Below, piece after piece: positions 51,501-63,100 of a DNA stretch of 64,000 nt (position 1 is its first letter; every line of letters begins with the position of its first letter). The translations under genes and the position numbers were made by a program. This stretch comes from Tubiluchus corallicola (taxonomy: Eukaryota; Animalia; Priapulida). The notes under the pieces were generated by a model. That model did no database searches. It was given only the letters and a program-made list of their open reading frames with translations, and was not told the origin of the DNA. Where the stretch lies: contig JAQGDQ010000064.1 of NCBI GenBank assembly GCA_030141605.1, positions 1 through 64,000 of the forward strand, in the 5' to 3' direction.

Positions 51501-54500
51501 ACAGCATCGGTGGGCAGTATGGGGGCTATTATTTTTATGAGTAGAAAACCTGTAAATATAGATTAAATTAGTTACTTACTAGACAAAACATTATTTCATT
51601 TTTGTGAGTTTTTTGGTGACATGTAGTACTAGATGTTGCACTTCCTTACTCTTATACTAGATTAAACTTGGTTCTTTATCAACACTGGTCCATATTTGAG
51701 AGCTTGCGTCATTCCCGATTTGTTGCATGTGCATTCAAAATTTGGACTAATAAAGGTGCAAAACGACTCATGGAATTTTTAGCTGATATGGGGTATGAAC
51801 GATGCATAATATTCTCCGTTTGTAACTTATAATAAGCGTTGGAAAAGTTAGTGTTTTTGTTATACAGTTATATCTTTTTATGCTGTCTTTATTCAGATGT
51901 TAGCTAAATGTCAAAGACTAACAAAAAAGATAATCAAACTCAGATCTAAAGTTTTCATTAATACTCTTGCAATTTTGAATTTAGTTTGTCTACAAAAATT
52001 TCTTTCAATGTTCGGGCTCTTCTACTTCAGTCACTACTTAGTTAAAATAGCAACAGATGAAGTGGGTTGATTATCTATTATCTATATACAGAGTTATCTA
52101 GAAAAAATGTTCCTACAAATTAACTTGGAATGTTTTCATCCTACTAGAGGTATTTGTAAAAGAAACCTACATCACCACCTGGCCCAGTTTCTCTTTCAAA
52201 GAGCTGTAAATTTCTCTCAAGGACACCACCAAGTGCCGCTAGGATGTTTTTCTGTACAGTAATTCCATTTCTAGTGAGTTTGAGGAAACATTTTTTGGGC
52301 AATTCGGTAAATGTGTACCTTACTAATTGCACGAATTGCAAAAGTACAAAGGTATTTGTATGTTTTTTTTAGTTTACCATTGGTACAAAGTAAACAGAAT
52401 TTTATTTCGATGGATGTTCAATTTAAATCACACTTGAAGGATTGGATTGAGCAAAAAGCGGAGAATTACAAGTAAATATGTGGCATTACATTATTTATTG
52501 CACAAAATATAACAGTTTCTTTCAGTTTAAAAAATATAAAACATGTGGTACTTTCTTCAGAAAAACTGCGAAAATTCACACTATGAAATTCCTATAGCTA
52601 AGAACTTTTTTATTACTTTACTAGTTAACCTCTTTGCTATCTAATTATTTATTTTATTGTCATTTGATTTTTTAGTACACCTTTGTACTTTTTGCAGTTT
52701 ACAGCGGATAGTTTTTGGCTCCTTCAATACACAGTATGGCTACAGAAATCGATACTGTGCTATGGATGTGGTCTACGCCATTACAGCTTTGTTGGAATCT
52801 AGAGTAAGACAATTTTATATTTGAAATTATTTTGGGCACTTTATTTTTGCTGTGGTTATTTAAAATGTGCAGTAACAGTTTTAGTGCAGTTGAAATATCT
52901 CTCTTAATACTTGTTATGCTGTAGCATGCCAGCCTTTGTCATTCTTATTTTGCCTTATTTTGTATTAAAAATTCCTAAGTTTTCTAGAACTTATAGTGGG
53001 TACGTTACATTACTTGTGATCACCAATTGGTTTGACTGTAACGTGTTTTGATCTTTGTTCTTAATAACAAATTTGAAGGAGTAATTAAATGGTACAATGT
53101 CATGTTATATTTTCAGGACAGGGATAAAACTCCATCAGACAGGTTTCTAGATGCTTTAGACTGTTTGTCACGTTCTAACGTTCAACTGCTTGAGCACGGA
53201 ATTGAGTTTGCAAAGTACTTAATGATGGCAGTGCTCAACACAGTGCATAGTTTTGTAGATATGCATCAGATTATTTCTGCTGGACCTTTTCTATATGCAT
53301 TTTTACAGCAGGTATCTAAGACAAATTATGACATATGAAAACATACGTACATGTCACATTTTCAATTTATTATTAAATGGCCAGATAAGAAAATTTTGGC
53401 AGTGTTTGTAATTTCTATAGCATTTCTATTTCTTACTTCACATTTGTTATTTCTTGACATTTATTTACCCCCAACAAATTGATGAACAACATTAAAAAAC
53501 TTGGAATTGATTTCAGGGAACGCCAGATGCAAAATTATTCTCTCGTCCAATTTCATTAATGATTTTAGCAAGGTTTATGCTTCATGCCTATGTTGTGACT
53601 GTAAGTACAACTTTCTCACTCTTCTGTTTCATATGTTGTTATTATAACATGCAAAAAACTTGTTGTTTTCTACTTTTTGACTTTTGTTTTTCTAGACTCG
53701 GAGCAAAAGGGGTAAAAACCAACCTTTGGTCTTAACGACACCGTTTGATTTAGAGCAGGGCACTAGTATTGTTATTGGTGTACCCCCTCATTCTGAAGAA
53801 AGCCAGAGGAAGTGAGTTTATTGTTATTTAATTATGGAAAATAATAAAAATAGCAACACTTTAATAGGCTTGTCATCCATTATCAGGGACAATAATGAAA
53901 TGAAGCTTTATAGACTGATTTGTAGGTGTGCTTTACGTTTTCATTCCAAAAAAATCACGAAAAAATGTATTTCGGGGCTCATTACGGACTCCTTACACTG
54001 AAGAAGAAGAACGGCATCTAAGATATCTATTTTATATGGTGTCTTGGAATAAAAAAATAAAAACGTAAAGCACAACTATGGATCCGTCTATAATCCTTGT
54101 CTTACTATTGTTCGTTTTGATTACTATTGCTATCGGTTAGCTTCAATTCTGTAAGAAAACTAAAACATCTTTTATTGAACACATAGTTTTTGGATTTCTT
54201 GCGTTAGGTAAAATGGCGATTTTGGCTGTTTCAGCATTTTCGGAAAGGCTTTTGAACAGGCAGCTGAGAAGACCAATTCACGCACAGTACACGATTTTTT
54301 TGATCCAACAAGTAAGTCTATAATTTAAAGTTACTAGGAATGTATTCTCAAAAGCTAGAGAATCTATTGCTTGAGAAAATTTACAACTAGAGTCTGATAG
54401 CTCAAAATGATTTTAAAAAGATCTTAACCAAGAGTTATCATTTTTTATGAGTTAAACTTGGTCATTTGTTTAAGCAAGTTAGTGCTTTAAAAAATAAACA

Positions 54501-57500
54501 TCTATTTTAAAGAAAAAGAAAAATAAATAAACATAAATAAAAAAAAAATTAAATCTCAAAGCTAACGAGTTCTTTATGTAAATTGCTTTAAATTTTTTTG
54601 CGACTTATGTATATAATTTCAGCAACACAAGGCAGCATTTTACAGTTGAAGTAAAAATGTATGATAATATTTTCATATTTTGGGCGTTTTATGTTTTGAA
54701 ATGCAGGAGATTTTTATCTGTTAATCTGGAGTTGTACATATTACTTTGTAGCTATCATAATGTCTTTCTGTTTTACGGCGGCTTATTAGGGACATAGTAA
54801 AAATAAAAAATAAATTTATTAACTTGAGAAGTCGGAATTTCGGCTTATTAGGGACATGGTAAAAATAAACAATAAATTTATTAACTTGAGAAGTCGGAAT
54901 TTCAAATTAGGATCTCCAAATTTCGACATAGGATTCTATACAAGTGCTGTTTTCATGGTGAAGTCTCGCGTAGTTATCCGTTTTGACGATTCTAATCAAG
55001 ATGTTCCTATTGCACACATGTGTGGGTGTGTGTTTGAAATTCCCATTTCATTTAACAAGGGTGAATATACTGAATGGCAGTCTGCATTTATGCATGTTTT
55101 GCAAGCCCGTTACTGGTATATGGACATTGTATAATAATTTTGATTGCAGCCTACGTTGTATTTTAACTATTTTAACTGTGTAAAGCAAATTAGTTTTCTT
55201 TAAATAATATGTTGTTCTTATAATTTTTTAAAAACACTTGTTTATTGTTAATCTGTCTAAACCTGTTGTTGGCAGACGGGCTTAATGATATTTAAATTTA
55301 ATTACTTAATGAAGCTGAAATGTGAACTTTTGGGTATCTCATAGCATTTCCACCACCTGTTCAATGCCGAACCTTTTGGCGTCATCGTTTGGTACTAGAC
55401 ATATATGAGATTATGGACGCGTTTGGGTCATTTTTGGTTGTCCTGAACATTTTAGTGCCAAAAAACTGGTGACCAAATGTCCTCTCCCGTGAACTTCAAT
55501 GTTGATTTGAATTATATCCTCAGTATTGAACCACAAGGTGAAAATTTGTAAAAGTTGTCTAAGTGTTATTTCATTTTACTCCTTTTTACCTTTGAATTAA
55601 GTTTTGTTTAGATGCAACTTAGTCGAAATTCACTGAGATAAAGACATTATTTTTATTTCTTGGACAAATTTTCGTCAATTTGGACAAAAATGGCTTTCAA
55701 GGCTTTGTGCAAGGTTGTATATTATAGTCTCATATTCCTATATATACTGTAATCTGATATACATTGTGAAGCATTTCACTTATTGTTTGTGAACTTTCAA
55801 TATGGCAGCCTGCAACAAGCTCATATTTTATAAAAAATGTGACAAAATTATGTTTAATTTTTATGTTTTTCTACTTGGTATTATATATATATATATATAT
55901 ATATTAATTCTTTATTTGTCATAAAAACGGTTACCTCATTATAATAAAATTGAGTTAGCCTCAGCGTAATGTTAAAATAACAACACTGTTCAAGACAAAT
56001 GCGTCCAGTGCATACTAAAAAAACTAAAGTGCAAACTATATACAATATAATGAACATATTTACAAATACCATATTAAAATATTTTTACAAACAATTATAG
56101 GAAAGTACATTAAATTTTACATTACATAGTGCACACTATTTATACATTTAACATTACGAAACACGAAACTAACATAACACGTATTACATTACATAATTTT
56201 TTTTAAAAAAATTTCGTTTTTAATCATTATATGGAGTCAGGGGCGGGGGTATATGAAAGTGGAGTCCGTGTAATTAGTATCAGATGCACAATGTGGAAGT
56301 TGAAACCTGTTATATTGATATTCTTTTAATTTCTTTTTAAAGTGGTGGAGAGATTCTATTTGTTTTATTTCACTGGGTAGTAAGTTCCATAAATGTATGG
56401 CCTGTTTTGATATAGAGTTATTTCCAAATTTATTGTTTACTGTAATTTGCTTTAAATTGTATGTTCTAGTGTTCAATGTGGTATCAGGAATAAATGCTAA
56501 GGGATTGTTTATAAATGGAATGCTCAGTTTATTTATATATTTATAAAGAAATATCAGTGTTTTGTAATCTCGATAGGCTTCTAATATTGGTATTTTTGTG
56601 GACGTTCTTAAGCTTGTTGCAGAAGCAGCATGTTGTTTAGCAGTTTTGTTAGAGTAGCCATGAATTAATCTAAGTGCGTAGTTTTGCATTGTATTTAGTT
56701 TTCTAAAGTTTTCACATTTAACGTTTTGAAGTAAAGTGCAACCATATAGATAATGTGGTAATATTAGACTTTTGTAGATGAGAATTTTTGTTTTCTTGGT
56801 TAGATGGCCTCTGATTTGGCGTAAGAATGTCGTGCTTAATGCCATCTTGTTGTGTATTTGATGAAACTGTTCATCCCAAGTGAGTTTATTGTCGACAGTA
56901 ATGCCTAAAAATTTTACAGTTTTTGCTTGTTCTATGGAACAGTCACCTACTTTTAGTGTTGCATTAGAAGTAATGTCATTGGATTTGGGTGATATTACCA
57001 TAAATTCTGTCTTATCATCATTCATTTTTAAACCAAAATAGTTAAATGCTGCATTTATATTTGTTATGTCTTTTTCTAGATTATTTTTTGATGTTAGAAA
57101 GTCTGCGTGTGCTGTATAGAGTGTTGTATCATCGGCATATTGTGTTAAGTCTGAATTATATAAAACTAAATGAATTTTATTAACGTATAAACAAAAGAGT
57201 AATGGACCTAATATCGTACCTTGTGGGATGCCTCTCTGTGGTGTGTCCCATGTTGAAAAAGTGTGTTTGTTCAGTTTGACTCTTTGTTTTCTATTGTGTA
57301 GGTAATTATTAATTAGTTTGAGAGAAGTATAATCGAATCCTAGGTGGCGTAAGTTGTCTAGTAGTAAATTGTGATCGAGGCTGTCAAAAGCTTTACTTAG
57401 ATCTAAAAATGCTGCTGTTATATATTTATTTTTATTTAAGTTGTAACGCCACTTTTCAGTGGCATCAACTATCGCGTCTATTGTAGAATGTAGTTTTCTA

Positions 57501-59317
57501 AAACCAAATTGATGATTTGACAGTAACTTATTATTTTCAATGTAATGGTTTATTTGGTTGTAGATAACTCTTTCAAATACTTTGGCTAGTACGTGCACTA
57601 CTGAGATTGGTCTGTAGTTTTTAGCATCATCTTTAGCATCTTTCTTGTGTATTGGAGTTATGTTTGCTTGTTTACACACTGCTGGAAATTCTGAGCGCAT
57701 TAAGACTTGGTTTGTGATATATGTTAGATGAGGAGTAATGATGTTGGCACAGTCTTTTAAGATCTTTATTGGCATGTCTGAGGGTCCACTTCCTTTATTT
57801 ATATTTAAACTGTTTAATATTCTAAAGATGTCGTATTCTGTGACGCTAGTAAATGAGAAAGTGGATTGTATTACTGACTGGTTTTTGTATATATTGTGTA
57901 TATTTGCATTATGTTGGTGTGGCAAGTTGTCAAATTTTCCGAGATTGATAAATGTGGAATTTAATTTGTTAGCAATGTCAACTGGATCAGATATTATACT
58001 GTCATTTTCTCGTAAACTATTTATTTGTAATTGATCGTTTCTGTATCTGTTAAGTACGTCATTAATTAAACGCCATTTTTGTTTAGGCGTAGTTGCATCA
58101 TTGCATTTATTAATATAATATTTATTTTTGAGTTTCCTGTTGTAGCTATTAAATTTATTTCGTGCCTTTTTGTAATTATTGTAATTGATTTTACCTTTTA
58201 AATGTAAATATGTTCTATATAATTCATTTTTATTGTGTCTTAGTTTTGCGAGTTCTGTATCCGCCCAAGGGCAGGCAGATTTTGCATTAAATTGCTGCTG
58301 ATGTATTTTAATTTTTTTATACGGTGCATAGATATCCAGGCAGTATTCCATATTATTTATTAATGTGTTTATTTGCATGTCAATGTCAGTCATTGTGTAA
58401 ATATTACTCCAGTCCAATTTGGTTAAAGTATCTTGAAATATATCTTTATTATATGTAGAATAATCTCTGACTGTTTTCCAGACTGTGCCTGTATTGTTTT
58501 TGGTTGGTTTTGTTTTGTCTACTATTAATAATATAATTAATAATTATATTATAATTAGTAATAATAATTATAATAAAATAACTGAGATATTTGTTAATCT
58601 GTCAGTTATAAGTCACAATTTGTGAAGAATTCGTTTTACACATCTTTCGCTCAGAAGAAAAACATTGTGGAAAAATAACAGTTTGTAAAACCAACACGGA
58701 AATACAACTGAATAGCGCTATCTCAATTCATTGGTCACGAAGAAGGCATACGATAAGCACCTAGTGAGTAGTTATACAATTGTGTTAGTCTTTAACCTAA
58801 GTCGAATTTCGAGATACTAAGTCAAAATTTCGAGATTCTAAGTCAAAATTTCGAGATACTAAGTCGAAATTTCGAGTTACTTAGTCGAAATTTCGAGATA
58901 CTAAGTCGAAATTTCAAGATACTAAGTTGGAATTTCGAGATACTAAGGTCGAAATTTTGAGATACTAATTAGAAATTTCGAGTTACTAAGTAGAAACTTC
59001 GAGATACTAAGTTGAAATTTTGTGTTAATCCATTTATTTTGTTATTTTTGCAATGTCCCCAAGAAGCCACCGTATCGATGCTTCTCGAAAGAGAGACAGA
59101 ATTCTTTGGTTTTGGCAAAGTTTTTGATAACTATTTTTAGAAATCTTTCTGAAGATGTTAGAAAACCAAATTAAGAAAAGTCGCAAAATGCACGATTTAG
59201 ATAATTTTTGCACAACTGTTATTCAACATAAAACTGTGAATGTATTTTGCAGTTATTGAACTAAAGACTGAAGATCGCAGCAAGTTTTTTGATGCTCTTA
59301 TCTCTCTTCTGACATGA
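42533..59317 (+). CDS. CDC45: Cell division control protein 45 (CMG helicase subunit), complete, 16 exons, 558 aa
   Basis: Exons 42533-42583, 45226-45285, 45827-45924, 47377-47509, 48369-48440, 49382-49513, 50457-50539, 50676-50849, 51661-51792, 52373-52471, 52698-52803, 53117-53311, 53517-53600, 53696-53811, 54235-54311, 59253-59317 (1677 nt) join in frame: MFVDDLKSEFY...[20 protein letters not shown]...LINCG...DSHRPVNV...MLWWAIVGLT...LYQHWS...EFLADMGLPL...GPFLY...FGKAFEQAAEKTNSR...IELKTEDRSKFFDALISLLT*. Confidence 0.97.
42879..44052. mobile_element. Non-autonomous TIR DNA transposon in CDC45 intron 1
   Basis: Imperfect TIRs CAGGGGCGGATACAGG / CCTAAATCTATCACTG, G/C-rich subtermini, flanking direct repeat ATAAT (42874-42878 / 44053-44057). 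Confidence 0.6.
46415..47045. mobile_element. Non-autonomous hAT-type element (MITE), copy 1
   Basis: 8-bp TSD ATTAGTTC (46407-46414 / 47046-47053); termini CAGAGGTGTAGT...GCTATGCCACT; similar along its length to 60830-61478. Confidence 0.85.
48840..49035 (-). repeat. Dispersed repeat with a tRNA-like core, copy 2 (CDC45 intron 5)
   Basis: Shares ordered blocks tttgaaccagg, accac, agtgatt, gcag, tatag, ccaatgt with 1830-2020. Confidence 0.45.
50850..51660 (+). other. U12-type (minor spliceosome) GT-AG intron 8 of CDC45
   Basis: 5' splice site GTATCCTTT (50850-50858); branch TTCCTTAC at 51642-51649, about 12 nt before the TAG; no long pyrimidine tract. Confidence 0.88.
53908..54093. mobile_element. 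Short MITE / foldback in CDC45 intron 14
   Basis: Inverted arms ttatagactgatttgtaggtgtgctttacgttttcattccaa and ttggaat...aaaacgtaaagcacaactatggatccgtctataa. Confidence 0.75.
54774..54904 (+). repeat. Transposon terminal fragment with an internal ~64-bp direct duplication
   Basis: cggcttattagggacat(a/g)gtaaaaataaa(a/c)aataaatttattaacttgagaagtcggaattt occurs twice; it is the inverted counterpart of 59022-59074. Confidence 0.7.
55882..58530 (-). mobile_element. 5'-truncated CR1/L2-group non-LTR retrotransposon (LINE) in CDC45 intron 15, antisense
   Basis: Open ORF2 with RT motifs, frame open a further ~40 codons upstream (TVRDYSTYNKDIF) with no endonuclease domain; ~330-bp 3'UTR ending in AATAAA and a (TA)n tail at 55882-55903. 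Confidence 0.9.
56237..58417 (-). CDS. LINE ORF2 reverse transcriptase (endonuclease domain missing)
   Basis: NYRPIS, QFGFRK, FLDLSKAFD, GIPQGTILGPLLF, QYADDT, KFLGITVD, WNLLP motifs; 726 aa without stops. Confidence 0.93.
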   Translation of the reverse strand: MDWSNIYTMTDIDMQINTLINNMEYCLDIYAPYKKIKIHQQQFNAKSACPWADTELAKLRHNKNELYRTYLHLKGKINYNNYKKARNKFNSYNRKLKNKYYINKCNDATTPKQKWRLINDVLNRYRNDQLQINSLRENDSIISDPVDIANKLNSTFINLGKFDNLPHQHNANIHNIYKNQSVIQSTFSFTSVTEYDIFRILNSLNINKGSGPSDMPIKILKDCANIITPHLTYITNQVLMRSEFPAVCKQANITPIHKKDAKDDAKNYRPISVVHVLAKVFERVIYNQINHYIENNKLLSNHQFGFRKLHSTIDAIVDATEKWRYNLNKNKYITAAFLDLSKAFDSLDHNLLLDNLRHLGFDYTSLKLINNYLHNRKQRVKLNKHTFSTWDTPQRGIPQGTILGPLLFCLYVNKIHLVLYNSDLTQYADDTTLYTAHADFLTSKNNLEKDITNINAAFNYFGLKMNDDKTEFMVISPKSNDITSNATLKVGDCSIEQAKTVKFLGITVDNKLTWDEQFHQIHNKMALSTTFLRQIRGHLTKKTKILIYKSLILPHYLYGCTLLQNVKCENFRKLNTMQNYALRLIHGYSNKTAKQHAASATSLRTSTKIPILEAYRDYKTLIFLYKYINKLSIPFINNPLAFIPDTTLNTRTYNLKQITVNNKFGNNSISKQAIHLWNLLPSEIKQIESLHHFKKKLKEYQYNRFQLPHCASDTNYTDSTFIYPRP
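58797..59074 (-). repeat. 21-bp minisatellite (about 10.5 copies of CTAAGTCGAAATTTCGAGATA) plus transposon terminus
   Basis: Head-to-tail units with palindromic core TCGAAATTTCGA, followed by ...atgtccccaagaagccaccgta, which is reverse-complementary to 54774-54822. Confidence 0.85.
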
Positions 59318-60707
59318 GGATCACGTGACGAGCTTGTACTATCTGTGGTACCTGTATAATATATGTAGATAGATTTTAATATGTAATTTGTAAATAATTT
59401 CTCATTTTTTGTTATTTTTATGGTATTGTTTATTTTAATAATTTGTGACAAGTATTTTACTTTTTTCTTCTTAGTTAAGATCTAAATAATGCATTAAAAA
59501 TTCCTAGATTTCAACATGTCACTGCCACTTAATTGTACAGTAATAGCGTTCGTGGTAAATTTTGTCTCCATTTTTTGTGGTACTAATTTTACCAAGCATC
59601 ATTTTGCTAGAAATATTTGTCCTATTACTGACTTCTGTCTGACTGAGGTTTTTTTAATTTGATATTTTTTTATAAATTTTTTCACTGTCATGAAACTGCT
59701 AACGCAGAGATGAAAGTGGTAGATTGGTTCCGAAATGCAGTAGCAGTAGTAGTAGTACCTTCTCACAGTGACGATGTGCCTAGTTCCTTAAGTTAACCTA
59801 TGTCTAATGCAAGTAAGTTAAATTAATGTACAATGTGATTCACACAAAATTGGATGGTAGACTGAATCACTCACAAATACTCTTTTTAACTTCTTTACAT
59901 GTGATTTAGCATTGAGCGTGGGACCCTTGTTGCTGTGTGAATGCGAACACGTCATCATAGCACTGTGGTTCCAGTTGCATTAATTTACTGATTTTTGAAT
60001 CATGGTTTTTATCATTTTTTTATATGACTGCAAAATTCTCTTGTGAAAATATGCATTTATAAGTTGCTTTATTCCAATTTGGATATTTTATATTAATATG
60101 CTTAGCCTTGTAAATGTAAATCTTTTTTAGTTTGTACCTGACTTTTTATCGTTTTTTTATTTTCTATCCCAAAGTATTATTAATAGAACTAAGATAAATG
60201 AGTATTTTGAAGCTAAATTTTGATTACTCAGTGTGAAACATTTACATAATAATTTTTTATAAGACTTGCGCTTTACTATTTCTGATGTGTTTCTCTCTTG
60301 TATGTTTGCTGTCCTTTCTGATATTTTCAAATGAGCATATTTTATTTAATGATTTGTATTCAGATTTTATTAATGGTTTCTTTAATAGTTTTAAAATATG
60401 AGAATAAATTTTCAACATTTTTTAACAATCAAGTATCAAAAGTTTCTGTTTTAGTTACTCACTAGTGCTATAACTTCTTCTGAGAAGCTATAAATGGAAT
60501 AGACCCAACAAGTATCACTGAACTTTGAGCTAAATGTAAACAAAGGTGCCTATTGGAGCTGACTAGTTGAAGCTTATATAAGACGCACTATGTTTCGGTT
60601 GTGGTTACTGTTATGTTTCTTGCATAGTATTTTACATGAACATAATGAATACTAGCTTCCAGTTATTACATATAGTCTGATGCTAAGTGTGACATTTCAT
60701 ATCAATT

Positions 60708-62795
60708 ATGTTTTCTGGGGAGTTAAATCAAGCACAATGGGTTCTTAACAGTTATAATCAGGTAAGAGCTTTTTAAATTTTATAAAAAATTAACTGCTAC
60801 AGTATGTTGTTAAATTAAATTAACTACACCAGAGGGGCAATCACCCCCGGGCACAATGGTGAGAGGCACAAAATTCTTCTAGAGTTCAATTACTTATTCT
60901 TAATTATTAACTATATAATTATTAATTAAGACTGTTAATTATTGGTTACTAATCCGACATTAACAAACATTTAACAAAACTTTTCAAAGTAGAACAAAAT
61001 CGCCTAGTCAGACTTGCATTTTCATCGGCAATTATCGCCGACTTAATTAGTACATACTTAATTACTAGAAAAAAGGCTAATGCTGTTACTTAGCGGCCAT
61101 GTGTGGTGTGTACGTGATGTGTGGCTTAGCAGATCGATAATTTCGGGAGATACAGTGGCGTTTCTCTAAATACCAATTGCATTTCTGTGAAACGTTTGAA
61201 AATGTGTAATGCTTAAGGATTCTCAAGTTATGAGCATCTTATGCGTAGAAAAGAGTTGTTCTGGTTGAGGATCGCATGTCAAACTTTTGGTGATTCTTAG
61301 ATAAATCCGTTTATCTTTATCCTTTCATGTCGAAAAGGAAAGTCGAGCTCAGGGATGCAAAAACCGTGCACAATTTGTGGCTTCAATCATGATACAAGTG
61401 ATCAAAGCATGAAAAGATGGTAGGGAACCAGAAGTTTTTTTGCCCCCTCGGGCGCCACAAGCGCTTGCTACGCCACTGAACTACACTTCATTTAAATTTG
61501 TGCTAGGCTGCTTTTAAAGTAAGCATCGTACAATATTAATTTAATGAGGTGTGTAATTTTGCTATAAATTTGTTTTATACTTATGATCACTATTTTATAC
61601 TGGTCATTCACAGAAGTTTTGTTTCTTGTTAATTAATACTTTTGTTAAATATTTTTGTCAAATCGGGCTTTTTATGAATATAATTTCAGAAGCAACCGAG
61701 ACTGAGTAGACAACGTTCTCGTTCTTGCTCTGGTTTAGCTGATTTGGAGCTGTTGGAAAAAAAGAGGGAAAAGGAGTCGCGTCATTTGCCAATAGTTTCG
61801 AATTTTCTAAGAAAACAAGTAAATGCGAAGATCACTGTCACAAGACAGCGAAAGAGACATCAAAGTGAAAGAAAGATGAAAAAGATGGCATCACTTGAAG
61901 AAGAAGTTTTAGACTGTTGCAATGTAAGATGTTTGTTGAAATACTTTGTTTACCAGACATTTCAAATTTCATACGAGTTATTGCGTATTCAGGTGCGTAT
62001 ACCTGTGAAATCGCTGCAGAATAAATTAATTACTCTGGCGGTTTTACCAGTCATGCAGAATGGAATGTGTTTTGTCTAAACATGGCATGTACAGTAGTAT
62101 TTTGCAGCCACTCCCTCCTCTCCCTGTGCTAGGTAGTAATTGGTTTTTGCAATCCGCATCTACACAGTCAAACACATGGTAACGTAGTCCTGATGAACAG
62201 GTGCACAAAAAACAATATTAAATGTTTATTTTTATCTATAGCATCAGTTGCATACACAATAATGCTTATGCAATTCCGAATGTCATTTAAATTTTGTTTT
62301 AGCTGATGCTTTGTAACGTCATGTTGTCATGCTCTATAATGCCTAAGAAAAAAGATGATTGCTGAGTTATTACTTTTAAATCCAAACAACCAAAAAAATC
62401 AGTAGTTAGATTCACGTTTAAGCAAGATGGGATGTCAAAATAATTTTTCTAGTGGAAAAAGTGTTTAAATGCATTTTGTTTTGTTTTGAAAGTAGTTTTC
62501 GCCACTTAATATTTGAAAATTAGTTAAAGCTTTTAAATTTAAACTCAATTCTAAAATTTATGTTTTGTTTCAGCTGGATCATCTAGACATGTTGGGTTTA
62601 CGGTCAAGATCGTACAGTGCAAGTGTGTCATCACTAAATATGACATTTCGTGACAGCTTTCGTATGAGGTCAAGTCCTTCTAGTCCCACAAAGCTGCATG
62701 ATGATAACACACCTAAAGACGAAATTATCTGGGTTCGACAAAAGGATGTCACCGGTTCATCATCTTCGCTGTCATCTACGGCAACATCTCATCCG
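60708..62795 (+). CDS. Unidentified protein-coding gene, first three putative exons (3'-partial), Ser/Arg-rich low-complexity N-terminus
   Basis: Exons 60708-60761 (MFSGELNQAQWVLNSYNQ|gtaaga), 61690-61923 (KQPRLSRQRSRSCSGLADLE...LDCCN|gtaaga) and 62574-62795 (LDHLDMLGLRSRSYSAS...TSHP|gtataa) are all phase 0 with tttcag acceptors and give 170 open codons. No domain recognised. Confidence 0.6.
60830..61478. mobile_element. Non-autonomous hAT-type element (MITE), copy 2
   Basis: 8-bp TSD AACTACAC (60822-60829 / 61479-61486); terminus GCTACGCCACTG; shares internal blocks (ttactaatccgacattaacaaa, accagaagttttttt) with copy 1. Confidence 0.85.
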
Positions 62796-62802
62796 GTATA
62801 AA

Positions 62803-63100
62803 CTTTATTTATTTATTTATTACACAAACGCGCCATTAATTACAAGCAGTATTCTATGGCGCCTAACAACAGAATCAGCATTATATTTAAAATTTAAACA
62901 GATCACATTAAAAGTTAGTGAATTTAAACTATATACTGTGCTGTGTAAACACGACATGAAATTGTACAATAGTTGTAACAAACTTAGTTCAAAAAGACGA
63001 GTCTTAAGTTCTTTCTTGAACACATCAAATATAGTGCAGCACGGAAATCGTATGGTAATTTGTTCCATTCTCTGGGGCCAGTTACAGAAAAAAATCTGTC
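62803..63100 (-). mobile_element. L2-like LINE 3' end
   Basis: Minus-strand GPREWNKLP...FKKELKTRLF, followed by a short 3'UTR and a (TAAA)n tail. Confidence 0.7.

Noticed and set aside
52085-52310. Possible Tc1/mariner-type MITE in CDC45 intron 9
   Set aside because: The inverted ends (aaaaaatgttcct / aggaaacatttttt) are short and degenerate and no clear TSD was found.
56237-58417. RT as a retron, DGR, group II intron or domesticated gene
   Set aside because: The motifs, C-terminal WNxLP/FKKKL, 3' tail and 5' truncation are those of an ordinary non-LTR retrotransposon. The listed start is a TTG within a longer open frame.
58797-59020. Palindromic 21-bp repeats resembling a CRISPR array
   Set aside because: The units are head-to-tail with no unique spacers, there are no cas genes and the context is a eukaryotic intron. 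It is a transposon-associated minisatellite.
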